64,000 nt of DNA from Minisyncoccia bacterium (GCA_038256975.1 JBBSJU010000003.1:4807-68806), one strand, 5' to 3'. Numbered from the stretch's first letter, positions 29,614-39,692 are shown. Numbers and translations are program-made. The notes: a model not told the origin generated them from the sequence alone.

Positions 29614-29706
29614 CTAGCGGCCCGTCACCTCGCCGCGATCAACGCCGCAGACACCGGCGATGACGGCGATGTTGTCCGAGTGCGTTTTCTTGATGTCCTC
29701 GATCAT
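29614..29706 (-). CDS. Unannotated 30-aa peptide MIEDIKKTHSDNIAVIAGVCGVDRGEVTGR
   Basis: Below the ORF-track cutoff. GAGGA RBS; TTGACA(29776-29771)-16nt-TAGATT promoter; 25 of 29 post-start codons end in G/C; downstream terminator. Confidence 0.65.
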   Translation of the reverse strand: MIEDIKKTHSDNIAVIAGVCGVDRGEVTGR

Positions 29707-29796
29707 GACACTTTCCTCAAACGTCCGTGGCGAGATTACCACACCCTAAATCTACTCCGCTGACAAAAAATGTCAATTTCTTATTCACGTGGCATA

Positions 29797-31125
29797 ATGA
29801 AAGAAATGGAAAAAGTCTTCACTATTCACGCCCCGAAGGTTGCTGAGAACAAAGCAATCTATACCTATTCCTATACCGACGGAGCTACTTCTTTTTCATT
29901 TCAAGAAGAACACCTTTTCCCTTTTGTAATTTCCGATTCCAAAGCACTCCGAGCCCTTGCCATTGCGACATCCATTAGCTATTTCAAACTTCACCTTGCC
30001 ACACAGATTCATATTGAGTGGTCACTCAATGATGCTGAAAAAGAATTTTGGCAGTGGCTTTTTAGGAATGGTTTTTCTGAACTTGTGTACCAAAACAGGC
30101 TCGAGTGGAATGTTGTCGACCAGATACAAATAACTTGTGAAGAAACAGGTACCACACAACCACTTGAGACAACGTCCTCCTACGAACCAAAAGCTATTGT
30201 CGGAATCGGTGGTGGTAAAGATTCTTCGCTTGCAGTAGAACTTCTCAAAAGAATAAATGTCCCTGTGACAGGTTTTGCTACAAAAGTTCGATCCATTCCG
30301 TTGCTCATTGAAAATACTCAAGCACTTAGTATTCCTCTTCTTGAAGTAGTCCGCAAAACAGACCCGCAACTACTAACACTCAAAGAAAATGTTTTTCTCG
30401 GACATGTTCCTATCTCTCTTATTTATGCCTTCACAGGAGTAGTGCTTGCAGAGCACGAGCAAAGTAAGTATGTCGTTGTAGCAAACGAAACAAGTGCCGA
30501 TGAATCAAACACGGAGTGGCTTGGCCGGCCAGTAAACCACCAATGGTCAAAGACAAGTGACTTTGAAAAAAAAGTTCAAGATTTTGTACACCAAACTATT
30601 TCTCCTGAAATTACCTACTTTTCTATTTTGCGACCACTGGGCGGACTTCGAGTGACAAACTTATTCGCAAAATTATGTCCTCACGTGTTTCCTGCTTTTA
30701 GTAGCTGCAATAAAAACTTCACCATAGAAGAAACCGGTGCGAACAGATGGTGTGGTGTGTGTGCGAAATGTCTTGGCACAAATATACTTTTATCGCCCAC
30801 GCTCTCCCTTGAAAAAAGGGCCGCGATATTTGGAAGTGATGTATATCAAAATGAAAGCCTTGCTCCGCTCCTCAAAGAGCTCCTCGGGCTTTCGCCTGTA
30901 AAACCTTTTGACTGTGTGGCAACACGAGCTGAGATGTGCCGCGCAGCAATTCAAAGTGATGATTTCAAAAATTCACCACTTGGCAAAAAACTTTCTCCCG
31001 AAGAATGGATCAGTGTTGAAAGCGAAGCAAAACATGCAGATAGCTTCCTTACCCATTACCACCCCCACTTTATTCCCAAGGAGCTAAATACTCGGTTACG
31101 CGCTATTATAGAAACATGCGAATAG
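29797..31125 (+). CDS. murL: UDP-MurNAc-L-Ala-L-Glu epimerase (MurL family)
   Basis: SYFK, IGGGKDS PP-loop, GHVPIS, NE.SA.E, NHQWSK, YFSILRP, FSSCN.NF, WCGVCAKC, KPFDCV; overlaps a murD homologue. Start may be 29806. Confidence 0.88.
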   Translation: MKEMEKVFTIHAPKVAENKAIYTYSYTDGATSFSFQEEHLFPFVISDSKALRALAIATSISYFKLHLATQIHIEWSLNDAEKEFWQWLFRNGFSELVYQNRLEWNVVDQIQITCEETGTTQPLETTSSYEPKAIVGIGGGKDSSLAVELLKRINVPVTGFATKVRSIPLLIENTQALSIPLLEVVRKTDPQLLTLKENVFLGHVPISLIYAFTGVVLAEHEQSKYVVVANETSADESNTEWLGRPVNHQWSKTSDFEKKVQDFVHQTISPEITYFSILRPLGGLRVTNLFAKLCPHVFPAFSSCNKNFTIEETGANRWCGVCAKCLGTNILLSPTLSLEKRAAIFGSDVYQNESLAPLLKELLGLSPVKPFDCVATRAEMCRAAIQSDDFKNSPLGKKLSPEEWISVESEAKHADSFLTHYHPHFIPKELNTRLRAIIETCE

Positions 31126-32426
31126 GAATCGTTGGATTTGGCCGGGAAGGCAAAATGGCACTTGAATATTGGGGCAACCAAGCCCAAGAAATTTCTGTGT
31201 ACGACCAAAATGAGTCACTTGAGATTCCTGCACAGTGCACAAAAAGACTTGGATCAAATTGGAAAGAGCTTCTTCTTGCAGATTCTCCTACACTTGATCT
31301 TATTGTCCGGTCTCCTGGAGTGCCCCTTTGGGATATTGAAGATACAGTCCAAGGGAAAGTTACCACTCTCGCTAAAGAGTTTTTTGACCTTTGTCCTTGC
31401 CCTATTATTGGCGTGACGGGCACAAAAGGAAAAGGTACGACGGCAACACTCATCTATGAAATTTTAAAGACTGATGATAAAGACGTGTATCTTGTGGGAA
31501 ACATCGGCACGCCCTCACTTTCTATTCTCCCAAAACTTACGCCGCAGTCTATTGTTGTCTACGAACTTTCAAGCTTTCAACTTTTTGATCTTCATAAAAG
31601 CCCGCAGATAGCTGTGTGTCTTTTGGTAACCGAAGACCATCTCGACTGGCATAAAGACATACAGCAATATCAGGCATCAAAGGGAAACATTTTTAAATAT
31701 CAAAAAGAAGAAGATGTGACGATATGGTTTCAAGATAATGTAGTGAGCACACAGCTCGCATCTTTGAGCATTGCAAAGAATAGAATTCCTTACGGAGAAA
31801 ATGCAGTGGTGAAAGTAAGTGAAAAAGGTTTCTTTGTCTACAACAATGAAGAAATATGTGCCGTGCATGATGCCCTACTTCCTGGCAAACACAACGAACA
31901 AAATATCTGTGCAGCAATTGCAGCAACCTGGAATCTTGTAGATAAAAAATCTATCGTACAAGCAATTAAAACATTCAAAGGACTTCCTTTTCATATTGAA
32001 ACCGTCGCAACACACAATGGTATTACGTTTGTAAATGATTCTTTTGCCACAAACCCTACAGCAACGGCTGTTGCTATTGAAAGCATGACTGCTCCGGCCA
32101 CACTCCTTATTGGTGGTGTAGACAGAGGTCTTCATTTGGAACCACTTGTTACAAGTATTCAAAAATCATCTCTTATTAAAGAAGTTGTCGTATACGGCGC
32201 AGAACGAGAACGTATAGCAAAATTACTCTCTCTCCATAATATTTCACATGTTGTTATTGATGGAAACTTCGAAGAGGTCTTCCGGACGGCAATAGAAAAA
32301 ACAAAGGCCGGAGAAACTATTCTTTTTTCTCCGGGCGCACCAAGTTTCGATATGTTCAAAGATTACCAAGATCGAGGGCTCACATTTAATGCGCTCGTAG
32401 CCAAATACGCACAAGGTTTGCTATAG
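31116..32426 (+). CDS. murD: UDP-MurNAc-L-Ala--glutamate ligase (MurD/MurD2)
   Basis: GFGREG, RSPGV, GVTGTKGKGTT, GNIG.P, ELSSFQL, DHLDWH, NDSFATN, SPG.PSFDMF.DY.DRG. Confidence 0.95.
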   Translation: MRIGIVGFGREGKMALEYWGNQAQEISVYDQNESLEIPAQCTKRLGSNWKELLLADSPTLDLIVRSPGVPLWDIEDTVQGKVTTLAKEFFDLCPCPIIGVTGTKGKGTTATLIYEILKTDDKDVYLVGNIGTPSLSILPKLTPQSIVVYELSSFQLFDLHKSPQIAVCLLVTEDHLDWHKDIQQYQASKGNIFKYQKEEDVTIWFQDNVVSTQLASLSIAKNRIPYGENAVVKVSEKGFFVYNNEEICAVHDALLPGKHNEQNICAAIAATWNLVDKKSIVQAIKTFKGLPFHIETVATHNGITFVNDSFATNPTATAVAIESMTAPATLLIGGVDRGLHLEPLVTSIQKSSLIKEVVVYGAERERIAKLLSLHNISHVVIDGNFEEVFRTAIEKTKAGETILFSPGAPSFDMFKDYQDRGLTFNALVAKYAQGLL

Positions 32427-32436
32427 TACGGAAAAT

Positions 32437-32931
32437 ATGGAAATAGTCCAGGTTGGCGAAAAGGTACTCCGAAATAAAGCAGAGAAAGTCCCTGAAAACT
32501 TCTTCAAAACGGCGAGGCTTTTTAATATGCTTAATGAAATGAAAGCCGCTCTTGATAGCCAAAAGGATGGCGTGGCAATCGCAGCCCCTCAAATCGGTCT
32601 TCCGTATCGTATTTTTCTTGTTTCTGAAAAAGCCTACCATGGTAACGCAAAAGACATACCGCTTGTATTTATCAATCCAACTATCACAAAAAAATCAAAG
32701 AAGACAGAGGTAATGCCTGAAGGCTGCCTTTCGGTACGCTGGAAATACGGCGAGGTAAAACGAAGTGTCAATACCACTGTCGAGGCATATGACCAGAATG
32801 GAGTAAAATTTACGCGTGTTGGTGGTGGACTACTCTCTCAAATATTTCAACACGAAACAGACCACCTCGATGGCATTCTCTTTATCGACAAAGCCAAAAA
32901 AGTGGTCGAACAGCCGCCACAGGAAAAATAA
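32437..32931 (+). CDS. def: Peptide deformylase
   Basis: GVAIAAPQIG, EGCLS, QHETDHL. Confidence 0.97.
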   Translation: MEIVQVGEKVLRNKAEKVPENFFKTARLFNMLNEMKAALDSQKDGVAIAAPQIGLPYRIFLVSEKAYHGNAKDIPLVFINPTITKKSKKTEVMPEGCLSVRWKYGEVKRSVNTTVEAYDQNGVKFTRVGGGLLSQIFQHETDHLDGILFIDKAKKVVEQPPQEK

Positions 32932-32936
32932 AACCC

Positions 32937-33788
32937 ATGAACATACCTTTCATTTTTTTTGGTACCCCAGAATTATCGACACACACCTTAAATGCCTTAG
33001 AGAAAGAAGGCTTGCTTCCGACCGCGATTGTAACTGCTCCTGATGCTCCTGCTGGCCGAGGGCTTGTTCTTGCTCCATCACCAGTAAAAATCTGGGCACT
33101 TGCAAAAGGCATTCCTGTATACGCGCCAGAAAAAATTCGAAACAACGGAGAAATACACGCACTCTGTCGGCAATTCCAATTTGCAATCTTAGCCGCATAC
33201 GGCAAAATAATTCCTCAATCCATTCTTGATTGTTTTCCAAAAGGAATCTTGAATGTCCACCCCTCACTTCTGCCATTGTACCGTGGACCAAGCCCTCTTG
33301 AATTTCAAATTCTCAATGATGAAAAAGAGTTTGGGGTTACTATAATTAAACTTGATTCAGAATGCGACCATGGAAATGTAATCGCTCAACGAGAAATTAC
33401 TTTTACAGAGACACCTTCAAAACAAAAGCTTGGTGAAATTGGCTTTTCTGAAGGAGGAAAGCTTATCGCCCAGTATCTTGGCCCATACATATCTGGAGTA
33501 TTACCCACCCTTGAACAGAATCACGAACTCGCAACGTTTACACAGAAGATAGAGAAAAAAGATGGTGAAATACTTCCGACCGACACGGAAAGACAAAAGT
33601 ATTTAAAATACTTAGCGTATCAACCTTGGCCCGGCACATTCTTTTTTGTTGAACATACTGGTAAAATGATTCGGCTCAAGATAACACAAGCACGGTTTGA
33701 AGATAATACATTTATAATCGAAAAAGTTATTCCCGAAGGCAAGAAAGAAATACTTTATACTGATTTTCTCCGCGGCTTACATAAATAA
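32937..33788 (+). CDS. fmt: Methionyl-tRNA formyltransferase
   Basis: FFGTP, AAYGKII, NVHPSLLP.YRG.SP; adjacent to def. Confidence 0.95.
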   Translation: MNIPFIFFGTPELSTHTLNALEKEGLLPTAIVTAPDAPAGRGLVLAPSPVKIWALAKGIPVYAPEKIRNNGEIHALCRQFQFAILAAYGKIIPQSILDCFPKGILNVHPSLLPLYRGPSPLEFQILNDEKEFGVTIIKLDSECDHGNVIAQREITFTETPSKQKLGEIGFSEGGKLIAQYLGPYISGVLPTLEQNHELATFTQKIEKKDGEILPTDTERQKYLKYLAYQPWPGTFFFVEHTGKMIRLKITQARFEDNTFIIEKVIPEGKKEILYTDFLRGLHK

Positions 33789-33820
33789 AAAACCTCTCAA
33801 CTTGAGAGGTTTTTTATTTA
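33782..33820. terminator. Bidirectional terminator
   Basis: TAAATAAAAAACCTCTCAA-C-TTGAGAGGTTTTTTATTTA between convergent genes. Confidence 0.85.
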
Positions 33821-33827
33821 CAATTAA

Positions 33828-34541
33828 CTACTGCAAAATGATTTTCTCAATAATCACATCTTTCACCGGTCTGTCACCTGGTACTGTGGCTACATTGTCT
33901 ATTGCAAGAGCAATATCCAAACCACGGGTTACTTTTCCAAAAATAGTATGTTTGCCCACGAGCCAGTCTGTACCTTGTGGGGCCGTAACGATGAAGAACT
34001 GACTTCCGTTTGTGCCAGGTCCTGCATTTGCCATAGCAAGCACACCTTGATTCATTTCATCGTTTTGGAAAACTTCATCTTTAAATACATATCCTGGTCC
34101 TCCTGTTCCCCATTCATTTTTAAGATTAAGATCTTTTGACTTTGGGTCACCACTTTGGATCATAAAGTTTTTGATAACTCGATGAAAACGTACTCCATCG
34201 TAAAATCCTTCTTTGGCGAGCTTAATAAAGTTTGCAACAGTTACAGGAGTTTCTTTTCGAAAAGCAACTGTGATATCTCCGTAATTTGTTTTAAATGTTG
34301 CTTGAGTGATTTGTGCTTCGTTCATAATTTTAGGTGTTTGTGATGTGGACTTAGTATTCTTAAGGTTTGTTGAAAGTGTGAGATTTGCATTTGCAATTTC
34401 ATTCATTTTAACAATATCTTGACTGATTTTTTCTATTTCTTTATTTGTTGTTGCAACCGCTTGGTATATGACTCCAAAAGCGGAGAAGATTACAAAGATA
34501 AAAAGAACCCAGTTGGTAACATTTTTTGTTTCAAGACTCAT
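33828..34541 (-). CDS. Cyclophilin-type peptidyl-prolyl isomerase with N-terminal TM
   Basis: [45 protein letters not shown]. Confidence 0.95.
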   Translation of the reverse strand: MSLETKNVTNWVLFIFVIFSAFGVIYQAVATTNKEIEKISQDIVKMNEIANANLTLSTNLKNTKSTSQTPKIMNEAQITQATFKTNYGDITVAFRKETPVTVANFIKLAKEGFYDGVRFHRVIKNFMIQSGDPKSKDLNLKNEWGTGGPGYVFKDEVFQNDEMNQGVLAMANAGPGTNGSQFFIVTAPQGTDWLVGKHTIFGKVTRGLDIALAIDNVATVPGDRPVKDVIIEKIILQ

Positions 34542-34562
34542 ACTAAATAATAATGTATTTAA

Positions 34563-34952
34563 TTAATTCCCACTTCTCTTTCTAAATATGTCTCCTACGC
34601 CCTTCATCATTGCTTTTACTGTGGCGGCACCACGACGCATCATGGTTCTATCTTTATCTTTGTACGAGTTAAGCTCACGGGCTAATTCATCTTTCATTTC
34701 ATCAATGGCAGCATATAAGTCGTCCTTCACCGCAACAGCACGAATCAGTGTGTGTGCAAGGTGAAAGTTTACCTCTGCCCGGAAAACATCCCCTTGTTTG
34801 TGGTGTTGCGTTGTCTTCCCTATTTCCACTGCCGCGTGGAGAGATTCGTCAGAAATAGTGGTGAGCTTTCGTACTGATTCGATTCGCTCGGTTACGTATG
34901 AGCGAAGCGGTTCAGTAAGATCAATGTTTGTGGCTTTAATTGATATTCTCAT
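34563..34952 (-). CDS. raiA: Ribosome hibernation factor (RaiA/HPF)
   Basis: I.IKATNIDLTEPLRSYV, DDLYAAIDE.KD.L.REL. Confidence 0.9.
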   Translation of the reverse strand: MRISIKATNIDLTEPLRSYVTERIESVRKLTTISDESLHAAVEIGKTTQHHKQGDVFRAEVNFHLAHTLIRAVAVKDDLYAAIDEMKDELARELNSYKDKDRTMMRRGAATVKAMMKGVGDIFRKRSGN

Positions 34953-34970
34953 GCTCTCATTATACCGTCT

Positions 34971-35192
34971 TTAGACCAATGTAAATATATCGACAATTTT
35001 GTGAGGTGTTGTGTGGCCTTTTATTATCTTAATGTGCTTTGTTTTAAAGTAATCTTTAAGAATCTCAAGCATTTCCTTATTCGCCAAACCACGTTCTTTT
35101 GATGCCTGAACGTGAACTGTATACGAATCATGAGCAATCTCCATAATGAGTTGCTTTTTTGCTTCAGCTTTAACGCGAACTTTTACTAACAT
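34971..35192 (-). CDS. DUF167/YggU family protein
   Basis: VRVK, ERGLANKEM, I.IIKGHT.PHK.VDI. Confidence 0.85.
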   Translation of the reverse strand: MLVKVRVKAEAKKQLIMEIAHDSYTVHVQASKERGLANKEMLEILKDYFKTKHIKIIKGHTTPHKIVDIFTLV

Positions 35193-35203
35193 ATAGATAA
35201 AGA

Positions 35204-36322
35204 CTACTCTTCAAGAAGCTTCGGTTTTTCAATGGGAGCGATCTCATACTCATTACTTTCCCCAGTGATTCGATATACATCTTTATCAATCTTTTTGAGT
35301 TCTTTATCAGCAGCATTGTAGTGGTTCACCACTGTTGAAAGTGTCATGCCCATTTTTTTGAAGTATTCTTCGTAAGCACCGATATGCTTCATAAGCTGAC
35401 TTACGTTTGCCTCTATCTTTTTTGCATTTTCTTCAACCTTAAACGCTTTCAAGCCATAGAGCACAGATTGGAGATATGCAGCAAACGTTGTTGGAGAAAC
35501 AATAATTACTTTTTTGTCATTGTAAGCGTAATCAATCAAACTTCGAGTATTTACTTTTACACCTCCAACTTCATTAACCAAAAGATCATAATAGATACCC
35601 TCAGCAGGAATAAACATGAATGCAAATGGAAGTGTACCTTCTTCAATACGCACATATTTCGCGGTCTCATCAATTCGCTTTTTAAGATCCTGCACAAACA
35701 TCTTCTCAAGCTCTGCTCGCCGCACATCATCACGCTCATTCATCACTCGTGAATAGTTATCGAGTGAAAACTTCGCATCAACAGGAATGAGTCCGTCACG
35801 TGTCATAATAACCGCATCTACAACTTCCCCATTTGCAAATCCGTACTGCATTTGAAAACCATTTGCCGGCAAGATATTCGAAAGGATGAGTTCGAGCGAC
35901 GCTTCGCCCAAATTCCCACGTTGCTTTTGATGCTTGAGCACCTTTTCAAGGTTTTGAAGTTGTTCAGCAATGGTGAACACTTGCTTGTTTGCTTCGCGGA
36001 CTTCGGCAACTTTTTCGCGCACCTCACTTACTTTATCGGTAATATCTTTAATGAGAATCTGCGATTCAGAAAACTGCGTACGTACATGACTTTGCATGTC
36101 GCGATTGCTCTCAACAAATTTTGAATCAAGTGAACGAACATTCGTTTCAAAACGACTAGCTAAATTCTCCATTTGCTGCTGAAGCGAGCTCTGCACAAGA
36201 CGAAGTCCATCATTATCTCCCTGTTTCATCTGACGCATCATTTTTGAGATAAAGAAAATAAGGCCTACAGCAAAAAGTGCGAAAAGGATGACGAGTACTA
36301 CAATAATCACCAAAGTATTCAT
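35204..36322 (-). CDS. rmuC: DNA recombination protein RmuC
   Basis: TM + coiled coil; RGNLGE..LE.IL, IPVDAKF, FAFMFIPAEGIY, VSPTT. Confidence 0.93.
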   Translation of the reverse strand: MNTLVIIVVLVILFALFAVGLIFFISKMMRQMKQGDNDGLRLVQSSLQQQMENLASRFETNVRSLDSKFVESNRDMQSHVRTQFSESQILIKDITDKVSEVREKVAEVREANKQVFTIAEQLQNLEKVLKHQKQRGNLGEASLELILSNILPANGFQMQYGFANGEVVDAVIMTRDGLIPVDAKFSLDNYSRVMNERDDVRRAELEKMFVQDLKKRIDETAKYVRIEEGTLPFAFMFIPAEGIYYDLLVNEVGGVKVNTRSLIDYAYNDKKVIIVSPTTFAAYLQSVLYGLKAFKVEENAKKIEANVSQLMKHIGAYEEYFKKMGMTLSTVVNHYNAADKELKKIDKDVYRITGESNEYEIAPIEKPKLLEE

Positions 36323-36362
36323 AGATACCCTGCATTATATACTGAAAATATAATTTCACTTC

Positions 36363-36504
36363 AAAATCATCCTAAAAACACTTGTCGAGCCGACTTTCGC
36401 AGGCTGACTGAGCCGAGAATGACCCAGTAGGTCATTCTGCTGAATGAGCGAAAAATCCCCAGATTTTTACGCGACGGCGAGAAAAGTGTTTTTGGAGGGA
36501 TTTT
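36363..36504. repeat. Multi-hairpin palindromic intergenic element (MITE-like or ncRNA)
   Basis: Terminal IR AAAATC.TCC.AAAAACACTT / AAGTGTTTTT.GGA..GATTTT enclosing 9-bp, 7-bp and 4-bp hairpins. Confidence 0.6.
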
Positions 36505-36538
36505 TAAAAGAGCATTCATTTTATGGTAGAATAGCCAT

Positions 36539-36994
36539 ATGACAATTCAAGAAACAGTAAAAGCAAAGTTAAAGGAGGCTATGATTGCAAAGGACAGTGT
36601 GGCTCTTATGGCGCTTCGTGGCATTAGTTCTGGATTTACTAATGAACTTGTAAACAAAGGTATTCCTCCCCAAGAACCTATTTCTGATGAAGATGCGTTG
36701 AACGTACTCAAACGTGAGCAGAAAAAGCGTAAAGACTCTATCGAACAATTTGTAAGTGGTGGACGTGAAGACTTAGCTGATAGTGAAAAAGCAGAGCTTG
36801 CTATTATCGAGCAATTCTTACCGACAATGATGACTGAAGCTGAAATTGAAACTATTGTAAAAGCAAAAATTGCCGAAGCAGGAACAGTAGACAAAACAGC
36901 ACTTGGAAAATTCACTGGAATGATTATCAAAGAACTATCTGGAAAAGCAGATGGCGGAGATGTGAAAAAGGTTGTTGATCGATTGGTACAGTAA
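36539..36994 (+). CDS. GatB/YqeY domain protein
   Basis: LKEAMIAKD, KKRKDSIEQF..GGREDLA..E.AEL.IIEQFLP, GKADG. Confidence 0.93.
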   Translation: MTIQETVKAKLKEAMIAKDSVALMALRGISSGFTNELVNKGIPPQEPISDEDALNVLKREQKKRKDSIEQFVSGGREDLADSEKAELAIIEQFLPTMMTEAEIETIVKAKIAEAGTVDKTALGKFTGMIIKELSGKADGGDVKKVVDRLVQ

Positions 36995-37006
36995 AAAATA
37001 CAAAAC

Positions 37007-37041
37007 AAATAAAAAGCCACTTGATTAGTGGCTTTTTATTT
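37007..37041. terminator. Bidirectional terminator
   Basis: AAATAAAAAGCCACT-TGATT-AGTGGCTTTTTATTT. Confidence 0.85.
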
Positions 37042-37776
37042 TTGTAGCTTAATTATTAAAAACTGAGGAATTTTGGAATGAATTTGGTAAAATTCAAGGT
37101 CTTCTTTTTCAGCCCGAGCAATTGGCTTTGGCTCAGATACAGAGACAAGAGTAAATTGAGAATCCAAAACTTCTTTAAGAATATCTGATACGGATTGATG
37201 ATAAAACTCAACCTCAAGACCTCCGAGCCACACGTCTTTTATTTTTCTTTTATTCAAGTAATCGCCGTAGACTTTTACACCACTTTTTCCTTTCTCATAC
37301 CCGAGCATCGCAGAATATTCTGCCCCACGGATAATGTCTGCACCAAACTTCACTGGGTGATTAAGCGACATTACAAAGATCCCGCCCGGACGTAATGACT
37401 GCCACACCCGAGAAAATGTTTCTTTCCAGTCTGGAATATAGTGCATAACTAAACTTGCAATACAAATATCAAATGTTTCTTTCTGCACATTAAAGGCTCG
37501 AATATCTTCACAAGAAAAAGTACGCCCCGGATATTCCCGCTGTGCTATTTCAATAAGTCCCGATGCGCTATCTATGCCATGAACTTTGCGTGCGCCTTTT
37601 TGTACAAGCTCGTCACACTCAACCCCTGAGCCACACCCAAGTACTAAAATGTCTTGATCGCGCACATCTCCGATAGCTTCATAGATTCCTGGTTTTTCTA
37701 TGTACTCTTTGGAATGACTGCGTTTGTTCTTTCTGTTCTCATGCCACTCTGCGGCATATTCACTGTAATCTGCCAT
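37036..37776 (-). CDS. Class I SAM-dependent methyltransferase
   Basis: ILVLGCGSG, GIDS, FD...ASLVMHY, LRPGG.FV.S.NHP. ATG 37776 lies 2 nt after the cyclase stop. Confidence 0.9.
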   Translation of the reverse strand: MADYSEYAAEWHENRKNKRSHSKEYIEKPGIYEAIGDVRDQDILVLGCGSGVECDELVQKGARKVHGIDSASGLIEIAQREYPGRTFSCEDIRAFNVQKETFDICIASLVMHYIPDWKETFSRVWQSLRPGGIFVMSLNHPVKFGADIIRGAEYSAMLGYEKGKSGVKVYGDYLNKRKIKDVWLGGLEVEFYHQSVSDILKEVLDSQFTLVSVSEPKPIARAEKEDLEFYQIHSKIPQFLIIKLQK

Positions 37777-37778
37777 AT

Positions 37779-39692
37779 TTACTTTTCGTCCCATTTCCAC
37801 ACACCTTTCCAACTTGCAAGATCGATAGTTTTCATGCGTTCAACAAGCATTTTCGACGGCTCATCACCATGTGCTGCTAAGGTTTCTAAATATTTCTTCG
37901 CGGTTTCAAAATTCCCTTTTACATACGCATCAAAACCAGTCTCATAGTTTTTTACAAACTCTCGCATAGAGTCACTTGCTCGAAGTGGCTCATAAATAGT
38001 TGTGGGTTCACTTTTTCCTTTCACTGTCATTACGTCAAGTTTACGGAAAAGAATTTTATCATCAGTAATAGCATTTCGTGTTGACTCACCTACCATAGTT
38101 ACGACACCATATTTTTTCGTTAGACCTTCAAAACGAGAGCCTGTGTTTACTGCATCACCCATAATCGTGTAATTAAAGCGCGCATCACTTCCCATGTTTC
38201 CTACCACCATTTCCCCACTATTTATTCCAATACCAATCCCAAGCTTCATGCCATTTGCATCTGCTTTTTCTTTGTTAAAAGCAACTAGCGCTTCTTGCAT
38301 AGCAAGTGCCGTCTCGACAGCTAAAAGCTCGTGGTTTTCCGTGACCACAGGCGCATTCCAAAATGCCATAATTGCGTCACCAATATACTTGTCGATTGTG
38401 CCTCGACGTTCCAAAACAAGCGGTGACATTGTGTTTAAATAATCATTCAAAAGGTCTACAAGCCCCTCTGGTGAAAGTTTTTCCGAAAAAGTGGTGAAAC
38501 CACGAATATCAGAAAAAAGCACGGTCATATAGCGTTTTTCACCACCAAGTTTTAGCTTTGTCGGATCACTAATAAGTTCTTCCAGAAGCGACGGATGTAC
38601 GTATGTACCGAAAACCTTTTTGAGATACTCATTTTTCCGAATATTAGATACGTACGAATACAAGAGACTTAAACCGTATGAAAAGAGTGGCAGCCCTACT
38701 GCCCACGGCACGTAGGTTTTATAGCCATATTCATAACCAATAATCGCTCCGAAAAACGTTGCGCTCGCAACAAGTACAAGAATGATTATTTGTGTAGAAA
38801 AACGTTTGACGAAGAAAGGAAGGAAAGCGATCAAGAATGCAAAGATAATATTTACCAAGAGTGTTACGTGACTTGGAACAGATATTAAGCGAACATTATT
38901 GAGGCTATGGGCAATCGCACTTGCGTGAATTTCGACTCCATTAATTTTACTTCCTAAAAGTCCGAAGAAAGAATCTTGCTCAAGATCTGTTGTGGCAAAT
39001 CCGATAAGAATTACTTTATCTTTAAGGGTTTCAAGGGGAACATCTGTATCAACAACATCAACAAATGATACTTTTGGAATGTTTTCTTGGTAACGGAAAA
39101 GTTTTTGCTCAGTATCACAACTCCCTGGCATGTATTCACTCATTTTTGTAGCAACGGAAAGAATTTTTTTTGAAAATGAAGGCAAGCATTCTTTGTTATA
39201 CAAAAAGTAATTTTGCACTGAACGCACCTTGGCATCGTTGTCAGGAAAAACGTTCACCACTCCTTCATGAACACGTGGCGAAATATCACCATACAAAGAC
39301 GAAATATACGTATCTTCTTCTACTTTTGTTGCAAAAACAACATCAGTCTTCATGGTACGAAGCGTATTTTTAAACACCTCATCTCCCGCCCGTGACTCAG
39401 CAAACAAAATATCAAAACCAATCACCCGAGGATTATAACTATCGAGTGAGGTGAGTAGATTTGCGTAAATATCCCTATCCCATGGAAAAGCTCCGTACCG
39501 CGCCAAGCTCTTTTCATCAATACCAATAATAACAACATCCTTTCGCTCTGTTCCTGTGGTAAGTGGATCAAAAAAAATATTATTTATGTTCTGAAAGAGA
39601 TTCCATTGCAAAACCCACGTAAAAAAAACGATACTTACAACCCAAACAATGAAAAAGGTTTTGTGTGTCGTGATGTTTAGATTTTTTTTCAC
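37779..39692 (-). CDS. CHASE2-domain class III adenylate cyclase
   Basis: VVIIGIDEKSL..G.FPWDR, IGFDILFAE, GVEIHA (CHASE2); 3 TM; FSDIRGFT, DKYIGDAIMA, YTIMGDAVNTGSRFEG. Confidence 0.95.
   Translation of the reverse strand: MKKNLNITTHKTFFIVWVVSIVFFTWVLQWNLFQNINNIFFDPLTTGTERKDVVIIGIDEKSLARYGAFPWDRDIYANLLTSLDSYNPRVIGFDILFAESRAGDEVFKNTLRTMKTDVVFATKVEEDTYISSLYGDISPRVHEGVVNVFPDNDAKVRSVQNYFLYNKECLPSFSKKILSVATKMSEYMPGSCDTEQKLFRYQENIPKVSFVDVVDTDVPLETLKDKVILIGFATTDLEQDSFFGLLGSKINGVEIHASAIAHSLNNVRLISVPSHVTLLVNIIFAFLIAFLPFFVKRFSTQIIILVLVASATFFGAIIGYEYGYKTYVPWAVGLPLFSYGLSLLYSYVSNIRKNEYLKKVFGTYVHPSLLEELISDPTKLKLGGEKRYMTVLFSDIRGFTTFSEKLSPEGLVDLLNDYLNTMSPLVLERRGTIDKYIGDAIMAFWNAPVVTENHELLAVETALAMQEALVAFNKEKADANGMKLGIGIGINSGEMVVGNMGSDARFNYTIMGDAVNTGSRFEGLTKKYGVVTMVGESTRNAITDDKILFRKLDVMTVKGKSEPTTIYEPLRASDSMREFVKNYETGFDAYVKGNFETAKKYLETLAAHGDEPSKMLVERMKTIDLASWKGVWKWDEK

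Noticed and set aside
29700-29730. GAGGAAAGT on the minus strand resembling the RNase P RNA 5' motif
   Set aside because: It continues GTC rather than CC, the region is too short, and no matching 3' P4 strand is visible. An RBS explains it better.
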